Shown here: piece by piece, positions 28,243-37,545 of the stretch | Layout of the letters: the number at the start of each line of letters is the position of its first letter | How positions within the stretch are numbered: the stretch's first letter is position 1 | Assembly (NCBI GenBank): GCA_046760555.1 | Contig: JBHIEI010000001.1 | Coordinates: forward strand, 1 to 55,260 | Direction: 5' to 3' | Source of the DNA: Candidatus Bathyarchaeia archaeon | GTDB lineage: Archaea; Thermoproteota; Bathyarchaeia; JBHIEI01 | DNA: 55,260 bases | Translations under genes and position numbers: made by a program | Notes under the pieces: model-generated | The model's database searches: none | Told to the model about the DNA's origin: nothing | Seen by the model: the letters and a program-made list of their open reading frames with translations, nothing else

Positions 28243-28343
28243 CTCGATCCCTCGGCGCGTTCCCAGTAACTCAAATCATCGCTCCATGAAACTTCGACCG
28301 GGAACCCTCTGAAAATTAATAGTAAGGTGTCGTAGTTTGAAGC

Positions 28344-28760
28344 ATGGGCGGAGAGGCACCCAGATTATTCGTTCCTAACAGAGTGAACATTAGGTGGGAC
28401 ATCCTAGAAGATGGGCGTATGGATCTCACCTATAGAGAGCATTTCGCGTACCTTCCCGAGGACATTTTCGAGATCGTGGTACCCCAGTCCTTGGAGGCCG
28501 TAGGGAAAGCCTTTAGCAAGTTTCTGGTAAGCAAGAAGCTGCTGCCCGATGGGCTGAGCGTTCACTTGAGAGGGGATCCCATGCCATTGGTGATCTGCGT
28601 ACTCGGTGAGCTCATGATGACGGCCATAAAGAACACCAACGACACCAGAAAGTTCATCTTGTCCGTCCATCGGATCATTCAAACCGTCAATTGGGAAAAG
28701 CTCGTTCGGCAAGAGGACCGAAAGCTATTCGACGAGATCAGAAAGAAAGCCAAACGATAG
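28344..28760 (+). CDS. hypothetical protein
   Basis: 138 aa. Ends 3 nt before the next gene. No family recognised. Confidence 0.45.
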   Translation: MGGEAPRLFVPNRVNIRWDILEDGRMDLTYREHFAYLPEDIFEIVVPQSLEAVGKAFSKFLVSKKLLPDGLSVHLRGDPMPLVICVLGELMMTAIKNTNDTRKFILSVHRIIQTVNWEKLVRQEDRKLFDEIRKKAKR

Positions 28761-28763
28761 AAA

Positions 28764-29489
28764 GTGCGAGTCTACATCTTAACCGCAGGGGACGCTTACG
28801 GGCGTAGGGTTGTGAGAAACATCACAGACCGAGGTTTCACTCGGTGGATCTGTGGCATCCATGAGTACTGCTCCGCTCCATCTATGCTAGACCTTTTGGA
28901 TGAACCTGAAAGGTGTCTACCGAAAGGGATTCCAAAATCCGACTTGGTGCTGTCAATCGGGCTGCCAGCCGGCGTGTCGTCCATTCTGCCTCTCATCGTA
29001 GAGAAGGCGAATGCCAAAGCCTTGCTCGTTCCGATTTCTAACCCCGCTTGGATCCCACCGGGATTACAGAAGCAGATAGAGAGGGAGATCGTGGAGTTGG
29101 GGGCTGAGTCGGCGTTCCCTCGACCCTTCTGCTCCCTGGAGGAAACAGGTTCTCGTTACTTGGATGCCTTCACGAAAAGGTTCGGGAAACCGAGGCTTGA
29201 GGTGGATCTAGAAGAGGGTAAGATTATGAAAGTGGAGGTCAAGCGAGGTGCGCCCTGCGGGTCGACGCGGTTCGTCGCGGAGAGGATCAGGGGGCTCAAT
29301 ATCAGAAAGGCGGTTCATGAGGCTGGCTTTGCGCTTCACAACTATCCCTGTCTAGCTTCAATGCAAAACGATCCCATGCTAGGAGACACTTCAATGCATA
29401 TTGCTGGCTATATCATCAAAGACGCAACCAGAAGAGCCCTATCACAAGCTTCGGATAACGCCCAGAGGCGAGCTAAACTTCTATCCTGA
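28764..29489 (+). CDS. DUF166-like archaeal protein
   Basis: 241 aa with a GTG start. EPERCLPKGIPKSDLVLSIG...ALLVPISNPAWIPPGLQKQ...FPRPFCSLEE resembles the archaeal DUF166 family. The call is from memory of that pattern. Confidence 0.45.
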   Translation: MRVYILTAGDAYGRRVVRNITDRGFTRWICGIHEYCSAPSMLDLLDEPERCLPKGIPKSDLVLSIGLPAGVSSILPLIVEKANAKALLVPISNPAWIPPGLQKQIEREIVELGAESAFPRPFCSLEETGSRYLDAFTKRFGKPRLEVDLEEGKIMKVEVKRGAPCGSTRFVAERIRGLNIRKAVHEAGFALHNYPCLASMQNDPMLGDTSMHIAGYIIKDATRRALSQASDNAQRRAKLLS

Positions 29490-29808
29490 TTAATCTGAAG
29501 GCGAACTTAGCAAGTGCCGACTCTAGGCTTCTGAGTTCCATATCTGATAACCTCTCCGGGAATGAAAGCTCAAAGATTCCTCCGGAGAAGTCGTAGAGTA
29601 TCGCACTCTCTGGTTTCTTGCTAAATCCCCTCAGCGCCACGTCTTTGATCTCCTTTGCGTCAGGACCCTGGAATACGTATACAGGCATCTCTATTAATTC
29701 AGTAAGTCGATTGATAACCTTGGTGGTAATCTTGGGCCTTCGCGCTACTTTGTCCATCAAATGATTTGCGATATCTATCCCGATTTGTGAAACAAATAGG
29801 AAAACCAC
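29473..29808 (-). CDS. hypothetical protein
   Basis: 111 aa. The start may be the internal Met at 29757. Overlaps the convergent DUF166 gene by 17 nt. Confidence 0.4.
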   Translation of the reverse strand: MVFLFVSQIGIDIANHLMDKVARRPKITTKVINRLTELIEMPVYVFQGPDAKEIKDVALRGFSKKPESAILYDFSGGIFELSFPERLSDMELRSLESALAKFAFRLIRIEV

Positions 29809-29820
29809 CTAGATTGTTTG

Positions 29821-29982
29821 GTGGGTGCATCGCCCTTCGACTCCGTAGTTCGTCTGGCATTAAGGGTCAACTATCGAATCATCGGTTTGGCCCTTCTGAT
29901 TGCGGGGGCTGTTCTCTTGACAGCCTCCTTCATCATCAGGGCCAGAAGGGGAGAGCGCCAAATCGAAGATGAGGGATTCTGA
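29821..29982 (+). CDS. possible small single-pass membrane protein
   Basis: Not in the ORF track (53 aa, GTG start). Reads ...RVNYRIIGLALLIAGAVLLTASFIIRARRGERQIEDEGF, a clean TM helix followed by a positive-inside tail. Confidence 0.25.
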   Translation: MGASPFDSVVRLALRVNYRIIGLALLIAGAVLLTASFIIRARRGERQIEDEGF

Positions 29983-30020
29983 TCTCTCTCGTTCGTAATT
30001 TTTATCGATGGAATGGGTCA

Positions 30021-30203
30021 TTGATTTCTTGTGGGAGGAACATGGTACCAAGGGCATCCAAGGGAGCCCGAGGGGGACGATCGAAACCGATACTGAAGGT
30101 CTTCGGCATCGAGTTTCGCAACATCTGGGACTTCTGGTGGGTAATCTTTGGAGTGACCATCATCCTGATGATAGCACTCTTCTTGACCCTTATTTGGGAG
30201 TAG
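30021..30203 (+). CDS. possible small single-pass membrane protein
   Basis: 60 aa with a basic N-terminus and then the TM helix FWWVIFGVTIILMIALFLTLIW. Confidence 0.3.
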   Translation: MISCGRNMVPRASKGARGGRSKPILKVFGIEFRNIWDFWWVIFGVTIILMIALFLTLIWE

Positions 30204-30332
30204 GTCTCTCAAATCCTTTATGCTGGTACGAGGAGGATGTACCGTCATTCACATGGATCTTTTACTCACGCGCGTACCAAACCAGTTTCACGCTTTCCCA
30301 TCGAGCTGATCAAAACCCTTCTAGGACCGAGA

Positions 30333-30893
30333 TTATAAACGCGGTTTAACGATCTCCGGGGCTAGGGTCACGAAATTGTCTCCTCCCATGTGAAAAACGG
30401 GTTTGTATGCCTCCACCTTGAATCTTTTATCGAATATGCCCTCATTCGCGTGGGCTGCGAGAACGTCCCCTATGAAGATCGTGTGATCCCCGGTTGTGAG
30501 CTGTTGTCTCAGTCTGCATTCCAGATGGGCTACACACTCCTTGATGAGAGGAGGTCGAACAGTTTTCGCTGATATGGGTGTAAAACGAGCCTCCTCAAAC
30601 TTATCGTATCTCGCCCCAGTTATCCGTCCGCATAGGAGGCTCTCCCTGACGATCTTCATCGTGGGAATATTGATCACGAACTCCCTGGTCTCCTTGATGA
30701 TCAAGTGGGAATGTCTTTTCGGAGCGACGCCTATCGCTGCCATGGGGGGCTTCATGGAAACGGGCATGGACCAAGCCAGAGTTATGATATTGGTCTTGCC
30801 TACCTCATCCGCACAGCTCACCAGAACCACGTTTCTTGGATACATCAACCGGTAAGCCCAGGATAGATTCACTTCGAGCTTCCGACTTCTCAA
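30333..30893 (-). CDS. flavin reductase-like FMN-binding (split-barrel) protein
   Basis: 186 aa. NIITLAWSMPVS..PPM and GDHTIFIGDVL motifs of the flavin reductase domain. Confidence 0.8.
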   Translation of the reverse strand: MRSRKLEVNLSWAYRLMYPRNVVLVSCADEVGKTNIITLAWSMPVSMKPPMAAIGVAPKRHSHLIIKETREFVINIPTMKIVRESLLCGRITGARYDKFEEARFTPISAKTVRPPLIKECVAHLECRLRQQLTTGDHTIFIGDVLAAHANEGIFDKRFKVEAYKPVFHMGGDNFVTLAPEIVKPRL

Positions 30894-30941
30894 GTCACAA
30901 GATATCCGTGCAAACTTTTAGAACCCTTTTGCTAATGGAGA

Positions 30942-31355
30942 GTGGCACACATGTTTTGGCCATTCAGGAGGAGGAGACTGAGGCGTGCGGACGACCACCT
31001 CAAGTTGGCGCATGAGTACACACGAAAGGGTATGCTAGATGAAGCCATTGAGGAGTACAAGAGGGCAATTGAAATAGACCCAAAATTCGCCTATTCTTAC
31101 TTGAACCTTGGGGTGGCATACGGATCGAAGGGGATGATCAAGGAGGCGATATCCGAACTCGAAACGGCTGTGAGGCTTAACCCCAGATACGGAAAGGCAC
31201 ACGCCAATCTCGCGAATGCCTACTTCCTCGACGAGCAGTACGATCTTGCTTGGAAACACGTCAGGGAGGCGGAGAGATTAGGTGAGGAAGTCGACGCGTT
31301 GATCGAGTCGTTAAAGTTGGTTTCCAAAGAACCCCGAAAAAACAGCGGGGGATAA
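30942..31355 (+). CDS. TPR-repeat protein
   Basis: 137 aa with three consecutive TPR units (AIEEYKRAIEIDPKFAYSYLNLGVAY; AISELETAVRLNPRYGKAHANLANAY; ...). Confidence 0.8.
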   Translation: MAHMFWPFRRRRLRRADDHLKLAHEYTRKGMLDEAIEEYKRAIEIDPKFAYSYLNLGVAYGSKGMIKEAISELETAVRLNPRYGKAHANLANAYFLDEQYDLAWKHVREAERLGEEVDALIESLKLVSKEPRKNSGG

Positions 31356-31356
31356 A

Positions 31357-31934
31357 CTATCGACATACCCCATCGAGATGGCGCTGGGCCCACGAGCGCC
31401 TCTCGTGTCTCCTTGTACCGTGCTTCGGAAGAAACCAGTCCAATCTCTTCGCTATCCAATCCATGTGAGTGTCGACCGCGATAACATTCCTTCTAGCGAT
31501 GAAAGACAAGAAGACATCGGCGGTTTTATTGCCTATGCCGGGAAGCTCCATCAGCCTTTCCCTGACCTCCTCTTTCGGCAGTCTTGCGAGCGGACTCAGG
31601 TCGCCCTTGTACTTTTCCAGAACGATCTTCGCGATCTCCTTCAGGCGTCTTGCCTTGATATTCTACAATCCACCCGACCTTATGGCATCTCTTATGTCCT
31701 CAACATTAGCGTGTGCGAGGGCCTGCGGGGTGATATCGAACCTCTTTGATAGCTGACTGAACGCTCTAGTGGTGTTCTCGTGGCTCGTGTTCTGCGACAG
31801 AACCGTGATGATCAGACTGTTGAATGGCTCGCGATAGAACTCGTTGTCCTCCGGCAGGGTCAGAGCGGACCGTATCGCCTCTCCAAGGAGTCAAAGAGCG
31901 ATTTCGAAAGGATCCTCTTGATTTTCGCCACCAC
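31357..31934 (-). pseudogene. nth: endonuclease III (Nth/HhH-GPD) pseudogene
   Basis: The minus strand reads VVAKIKRILSKSLFDSLERRYGP, then a frameshift, then ALTLPEDNEFYREPFNSLIITVLSQNTSHENTTRAFSQL...IRSGGL, then an in-frame TAG (31663-31665), then NIKARRLKEIA...LMELPGIGNKTADVFLSFIARRNVIAVDTHMDWIAKRL, then a second frameshift, then GLVSSEARYKETREAL. It ends at the TPR gene with no 4Fe-4S Cys cluster. Confidence 0.7.
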
Positions 31935-31948
31935 GAATCTTTGAGGAC

Positions 31949-32689
31949 CTAGGTTAGTTTATAGTTGCCTACTACCCTCTTCGTGATCCTACCCTCGAGA
32001 AGCTTAACGATCTCAACCTTGATCCATCTGCCAGCTATCGAGATCAGGTTGAAGGAGTGACCGTGGTATCCCCTTGTCTTCACCGAGGAGAGGGTTCCAG
32101 CATTGACCAATATGGTGTTCTCGACTCGGGCCACATTCGGTACGTGCCTGTGCCCCATGAGGACAAGCTCGGCACCCTTTTTCGTGATCACCTTTAGGAC
32201 ATCCCCAGCATCATCGATGAGGTTCCTTTCCCTGCCCGCCTCAGGGACGGGGATCAGATGGTGGTGTATCATGACTATTCTTATCGAACCATCGAATCTG
32301 TTTAGATACCTAACGAGGTGCCTCTGACCGGATCTCCCGAGTCTCCCGGTGTCCAGATCGGGAACTGTGGTGTCGAGCGCTATGATGCCGAATCCCTCAA
32401 ACCCCTTGCACTTGTATCGTTTTCCAAAAAACCTCGGAAATAACAGATTCCCCAGATTCCTGCTGTCATGGTTGCCGGGTATGACTATGGTTTCTGCTTC
32501 TATCAGCTTCATCGCATCTCTGGCTAACTTATAATCCTCCAAGAAACCCCAGTCGGTTACGTCCCCAGAATGCACAACAATATCCGGTTCTACGGCGTTA
32601 ACCTCGCTGATCAATCTATCATAGATATTTTCCATGAACCTACCATAGGGAGTGATGTGGGTATCTGAGATCTGTGCGATCTTTAACAA
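31949..32689 (-). CDS. calcineurin-like metallophosphoesterase
   Basis: 246 aa with ISDTH, HSGDVTDWG, PGNHD, MIHHH and GHRH motifs. Confidence 0.85.
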   Translation of the reverse strand: MLKIAQISDTHITPYGRFMENIYDRLISEVNAVEPDIVVHSGDVTDWGFLEDYKLARDAMKLIEAETIVIPGNHDSRNLGNLLFPRFFGKRYKCKGFEGFGIIALDTTVPDLDTGRLGRSGQRHLVRYLNRFDGSIRIVMIHHHLIPVPEAGRERNLIDDAGDVLKVITKKGAELVLMGHRHVPNVARVENTILVNAGTLSSVKTRGYHGHSFNLISIAGRWIKVEIVKLLEGRITKRVVGNYKLT

Positions 32690-32818
32690 CTTCCCTTGTA
32701 ACCAAGTCTCCCTTTTTAATCTTCTAGAAGGGGTTCATGCAGTTTGGAATCTATTGATCTTTGATCTGGGGCTTGGATTTTAATTCTCCTTTGTGGATAA
32801 GCGAGAGGGCGCGAGCGC

Positions 32819-33475
32819 ATGAGGGCTAAACCTGAGGACCAAGAATTCCCAAAGCTAGATCTACACGTCCACACCCTTTACTCCAAAGATGGATCGATGT
32901 CCCCCAGGGAGGCAGTAAAGGCGGCTAGGAGGGCGGGGCTCCAAGGTCTAGCCATTACTGACCACAACTCGGTCGGGGCTCTTCGGCACCTCCCTAGGTG
33001 CCCCGACATCTTGGTTGTCCCGGGTATAGAGGTTAGCAGCAGTGATGGTCACATACTGGGGTTGGATGTCACCGAAGAGATCCCTGGAAAGCTGTCCGCC
33101 GAGGAGACGATGGAGAAGATCCGCGACGCAGGAGGAATAGGCGTTGTCGCTCACCCCTACTCCTTGGGGAAGAGCTCCGTCAGGGGCGGTCTCATCCCCC
33201 TAATACGACCAGATGCTCTAGAGGTCGTAAATTCCTCCAGCTTCCCCTTCTTTATCTCGACGAGACTGAGCCGCGAGCGAGCAAGAAGCTTGGGGCTGCC
33301 GGTCACAGGGGGAAGCGATGCCCACCTGCCGAACACGGTCGGGTTGGCCTACACGGTGGTCTACGGGAACCCGGAGAGCGCTGATGACCTCATCGAGGCA
33401 GTGAGAGAGGGTCGATGTGAAGCTTATGGGAGGTCGCGCGGTCTACTTTATTGGGTTAGGAAGTGGACGATGTAG
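32819..33475 (+). CDS. PHP-domain phosphoesterase
   Basis: 218 aa with LDLHVHTLYSKDG, ITDHN, VVAHP and GGSDAH motifs. Confidence 0.85.
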   Translation: MRAKPEDQEFPKLDLHVHTLYSKDGSMSPREAVKAARRAGLQGLAITDHNSVGALRHLPRCPDILVVPGIEVSSSDGHILGLDVTEEIPGKLSAEETMEKIRDAGGIGVVAHPYSLGKSSVRGGLIPLIRPDALEVVNSSSFPFFISTRLSRERARSLGLPVTGGSDAHLPNTVGLAYTVVYGNPESADDLIEAVREGRCEAYGRSRGLLYWVRKWTM

Positions 33476-33481
33476 GAACGC

Positions 33482-34588
33482 CTATAACAATTGAACGAGT
33501 CCCAAATCGAGACCTAGAGGTCTCTCGGGACCAGCGTAGGGCTCTAGCTCTGTGATGTGTATCGTGGATCGGTTATAGCCCGGAAGTATGTTGCTGGACT
33601 TTGCGCCTGTGAGTACTAAGGTGACCTTGAGAGCGCCATTCAACTTGGGGTCAATCCTTGGCCCCCAGAAGACCTTAGCATCCTCGTTGAGGTATTCATG
33701 GATGATCTCTGGCACCCTAACCGCCTCCTGTAGGGTCATGCCTTCGTCTCCCGCCACATGAATCAGAGCGCCTGTCGCTCCGGTGTAATCGATCGGTGAG
33801 AGCAGGGGGCAGCTCATGGCCTCGCGGACCGCCTCCTCGGCCCTCTCAGGGGCCTCTGACTCCCCCACCCCGATCACAGCGACGCCACCGTTCTCCATCA
33901 CGGCCTTGAAGTCGTTGAAGTCTAGGTTTATGAGGGAGGGAGCGGAGATCGCTTCCACCACACCCTTTATCATGTCCGCCATCACTCGGTCGGCGATCTC
34001 GAAGGCGTCGTCGACAGGCAGCTGTGGAACCAATTCCATGAGCCTGTCGTTCTGGATCACGACGATGGTGTCACAGTACCTCCGCATATCGCCAAGTCCC
34101 TGAGCGGCCACCGACATCCGCACCCCTCCCTCGTGGCGAAAGGGCAGAGTCACGATCCCTATCACGAGCGCTCCCACGTCCTGACATATCTTGGAGATGA
34201 TTGGGGCGGCACCAGTTCCGGTACCACCACCTAGACCAGTGATCACATACGCGATATCCACTCCCTTCATGGCGTTTATAACGGAGTCCATGGACTCCTC
34301 TATAGCCTCTCTCCCTAATCTGGGGTTCCCACCAGCACCTAGACCCCTCGTCGTCTTCGGCCCTATCTGAATCTTCAGGTCGCTGGCCACAAGATCCAGC
34401 TGCTGGGCATCGGTGTTAATCGAGATAGTTCGCGCCCCCTCAACGCCCACTCTCGTCAGTCTGTTGCAGGTGTTACATCCAGCCCCTCCAACGCCGGTCA
34501 CGAACACCCGGGCTCCCCTCCATCTGGTCTCCCCTCGAATTCCCTCAGGTTTAAAAGCATCCGTTATAGCAGACATCTGGTTAGTCAA
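33482..34588 (-). CDS. ftsZ: cell division GTPase FtsZ
   Basis: 368 aa. GVGGAGCNTCNRL and the tubulin signature GLGGGTGTGAAPI. Confidence 0.92.
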   Translation of the reverse strand: MTNQMSAITDAFKPEGIRGETRWRGARVFVTGVGGAGCNTCNRLTRVGVEGARTISINTDAQQLDLVASDLKIQIGPKTTRGLGAGGNPRLGREAIEESMDSVINAMKGVDIAYVITGLGGGTGTGAAPIISKICQDVGALVIGIVTLPFRHEGGVRMSVAAQGLGDMRRYCDTIVVIQNDRLMELVPQLPVDDAFEIADRVMADMIKGVVEAISAPSLINLDFNDFKAVMENGGVAVIGVGESEAPERAEEAVREAMSCPLLSPIDYTGATGALIHVAGDEGMTLQEAVRVPEIIHEYLNEDAKVFWGPRIDPKLNGALKVTLVLTGAKSSNILPGYNRSTIHITELEPYAGPERPLGLDLGLVQLL

Positions 34589-34837
34589 AAACTCTAGACC
34601 AGAACATGAAGTAGACGTAAGCGATTAAGAATACAATTAGAATACAAACATTCGTTTAACTGGTGTTTTCATGGTAGATTTTACCTGATTTATAAGTCGT
34701 TTTGGATTTTCACTCTATTTTTCTTGACAAAATTATGACCGTTCCCGATCAACGTGGCGAATGTCTTGATCGTTTTACGGTTTTGGGGCCATCATCTTTT
34801 TTAGCTTTATATGGCAAAATAACCCCTTTTCGGAGGA

Positions 34838-36136
34838 ATGGGGCAGACGTTCTACATCGAGACATTTGGGTGTTCTGCAAATAAAGCCGATAGCGAGATA
34901 ATCGTCGGCCTCCTCAGAAATCACGGTCTCAATCTGGTCGACGATCCGCTCGGCGCCGACTTCATTATTGTTAACACCTGCGCTGTTAAGGCACCAACCG
35001 AGCAGAAAGTTCTTAGAAGACTCAGCGATCTCAGCAAGCTGAAAGGTAAGCTGGTGGTGGGCGGCTGTCTGCCCGCTATATCGATGGAGAGCATCAGGGA
35101 CGTCGTACCCGAATTCTGCGCTGCCTTTTGTCCCAGATCACTGGACAGAATCGCTGAGATCATCGATGCGGTGAGGGCCGATCAGACAAGCCTCGTATAT
35201 CTCTCGACAGGGGCAATTGAAAAGCCCGTCTTGCCCCGACTCAGACAAAACAGAAACCGTGGAATAATCGAGATCGCGGAGGGGTGCTTGGGATCCTGCT
35301 CCTATTGCTGCGTTCGGTTCGCCCGAGGTCCCCTACACAGCTACCACTCCGACGCTCTGGTTTCACAGGCGAGGTCCATGCTGGATGATGGCTGCAGGGA
35401 GTTGTGGATAACCGCTCAGGATACCGCCGCATATGGACTGGACATCGGGTCCAGTCTTCCAGAATTGCTCGAAAGGATCTGCGATCTCCCCTACAGGTTC
35501 AAGATCAGAGTTGGGATGATGAACCCCAAGAACGTTCTACCGATTCTGGATGAACTGGCTAGGGTCTACGATAACCCCAAGATCTACAAGTTCCTGCATC
35601 TGCCGGTTCAGTCGGGTGATAACGACATTCTGTCAGCGATGAGAAGGGGGTACACGGTTGAAGATTTCACCGACATCCTAGACCGGATCTGTAGACCATC
35701 GATAAGAATGACCCTGGCCACAGACATCATCGTAGGCTTCCCTGGGGAGACCGAAAACCAGTTCCAACTTTCGGTAGAACTCATGAAAAGGGTCAAGCCC
35801 GACATCGTTAACGTTTCGAGGTTCGGCAAAAGACCCAAGGCAGCCGCCTCATCCTACTCTGATCAGCTGCATGGAATGGAGAAGAAGCGGCGCAGCCGTA
35901 AGCTTTCCGCTATCGCACGTGAGATCAGCCTCAGGAGAAACAGGGATTGGATCGGCTGGAGCGGTGAAGCCCTAGTTACGGAGGCGGGACCAAAAGGTGG
36001 ATGGATCGCCCGGAACTACGCGTACAAACCAATCCTATTGAGGAGCGGCGGGGATCTCTTAGGAAGACACGTTAACGTCGCCGTTACGTCAGCGACATAC
36101 GGATATCTACTCGGGGATCGGTCCCTCTTTGATTAG
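34838..36136 (+). CDS. radical-SAM methylthiotransferase, MiaB-like archaeal type (CDKAL1/e-MtaB-like)
   Basis: 432 aa. The UPF0004 N-domain FYIETFGCSANKADSE, the radical-SAM motif CLGSCSYCC, and a TRAM-like C-terminus. Confidence 0.85.
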   Translation: MGQTFYIETFGCSANKADSEIIVGLLRNHGLNLVDDPLGADFIIVNTCAVKAPTEQKVLRRLSDLSKLKGKLVVGGCLPAISMESIRDVVPEFCAAFCPRSLDRIAEIIDAVRADQTSLVYLSTGAIEKPVLPRLRQNRNRGIIEIAEGCLGSCSYCCVRFARGPLHSYHSDALVSQARSMLDDGCRELWITAQDTAAYGLDIGSSLPELLERICDLPYRFKIRVGMMNPKNVLPILDELARVYDNPKIYKFLHLPVQSGDNDILSAMRRGYTVEDFTDILDRICRPSIRMTLATDIIVGFPGETENQFQLSVELMKRVKPDIVNVSRFGKRPKAAASSYSDQLHGMEKKRRSRKLSAIAREISLRRNRDWIGWSGEALVTEAGPKGGWIARNYAYKPILLRSGGDLLGRHVNVAVTSATYGYLLGDRSLFD

Positions 36137-36418
36137 CTTGTTGATGGCGTCCCCCATCATGTGATCGTGTACCTGAACCGTAGCCTCCTTTACCCCTTCG
36201 ACATTCGATGCGGCTTTCTTGACGTCGTAGGCCATTTTCAGTGCAATGGGACAGAAGGGTGAGGATGGAGTGAAGTCGATATGCACGACTCCCTTTTTCA
36301 CCTCCTTCACACCCTTGATCAGTCCCATTTGGGCGTACGAGAGTCCTGTCTCCGGATCGATGAGTGCCTCGACTTCCATCCTTACTTGCTTAGATAGTTC
36401 GGTTGTCTTCTTACCCAT
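36107..36418 (-). CDS. DUF59/MIP18-family Fe-S assembly-related protein
   Basis: 103 aa with DPETGLSYAQMGLI and DFTPSSPFCP motifs. Overlaps the convergent gene by 30 nt. Confidence 0.7.
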   Translation of the reverse strand: MGKKTTELSKQVRMEVEALIDPETGLSYAQMGLIKGVKEVKKGVVHIDFTPSSPFCPIALKMAYDVKKAASNVEGVKEATVQVHDHMMGDAINKLIKEGPIPE

Positions 36419-36492
36419 GCCGTTCCACCGTTAGTAGACAGAAAAACAAAATAAGCTTATCAATATGCTCCCCGATCGATTCCCTTAGCTGG

Positions 36493-36933
36493 CTACTCAT
36501 TCTCGGCGGAATAAAATCTGCGAAGCTTCTGCAACAATCGTCTAAACGTCTTCGTAAGGGGGTACTGGTCAACCTTATCGATGTCGATCCATTGAGCATC
36601 TTGTGCATCAGAGGCAACCTTCAACCTTCCGCCTGTGGGGTGAGCGAGAAAATCAACCAAAACGTAATGATAGCGGATTTTGCCCCTCTCATCGTAGATC
36701 ACGTTGTCCAGCACATCTAGCAGCCCATCGATCTCGATCTCTAGACCTGTCTCCTCTCTAACCTCTCGTTTGCCAGCCTCCTCTACCTGCTCTCCCAGTT
36801 TTACCACACCCCCAGGAATAGACCACAATCCCAGACCTGGCTCTACCCCCCTTTTAATCAGAAGAACCCGCGAGCCCCTCTTGATGGCAACTCCTACTCC
36901 AACGATGGGTCGGTCCGGGTAAGTTCGCCCCAT
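36493..36933 (-). CDS. NUDIX hydrolase
   Basis: 146 aa with the Nudix box GGVVKLGEQVEEAGKREVREETGLE. Confidence 0.88.
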   Translation of the reverse strand: MGRTYPDRPIVGVGVAIKRGSRVLLIKRGVEPGLGLWSIPGGVVKLGEQVEEAGKREVREETGLEIEIDGLLDVLDNVIYDERGKIRYHYVLVDFLAHPTGGRLKVASDAQDAQWIDIDKVDQYPLTKTFRRLLQKLRRFYSAENE

Positions 36934-36990
36934 TACAGTGATAAATCGTGATGGAATATCTTTTTTTAAAAACCTTCGATAAACAATGAG

Positions 36991-37311
36991 ATGTCTGAAA
37001 AAACCGCTAAGGTTAAGATCTTCAGCCGAGGAGAGATCACCAGCGAGGAGGAATGTGGAGTTAACCCCCAGACATTGGTCGATATAGGAGCCGGACCTGG
37101 AGACCTGATAGATCTACGGACGAGGAGCAGAGGGTGGAGGCTGAGGGCCAAGAAATTCGACATCGGCCCGGGAGTGATTCTGGTCAACGAAAATGTCCTC
37201 GTGCGACTTGATGTACCAGACGGTGCAAGGGTGACCCTCAGTAAGGCGGTACTGAGGCCAAAGGAGGAGGCCTTGGAGGCCGGAACAGAGATCTTCGGCA
37301 CCGAGGAATAA
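36991..37311 (+). CDS. stand-alone Cdc48/VAT-N-like (double-psi barrel or AbrB-like) small protein
   Basis: 106 aa. GVNPQTLVDIGAGPGDLIDLRT and GVILVNENVLVRLDVPDGARVTL resemble the two halves of the Cdc48 N-subdomain. Acidic tail. Confidence 0.45.
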   Translation: MSEKTAKVKIFSRGEITSEEECGVNPQTLVDIGAGPGDLIDLRTRSRGWRLRAKKFDIGPGVILVNENVLVRLDVPDGARVTLSKAVLRPKEEALEAGTEIFGTEE

Positions 37312-37545
37312 CCAAAAGTCGCGACTTTCGAGGATAGCGGACCAGAACACCTATTTAGGGTCCTATCCCCTAAAACTAGTCACTTTTCTAAAAATGATAG
37401 ACAAATTCAAAATATTTTCATTCAAAAAATTGGATTATAACCTATAATGACTTAACACTGTGAATTTCGATGAATTACAACCCGCTCGCGTGATAAACCA
37501 TGATAGAATACCTTTTTTTAGAATCCCCCTAACATTACCATTGAA

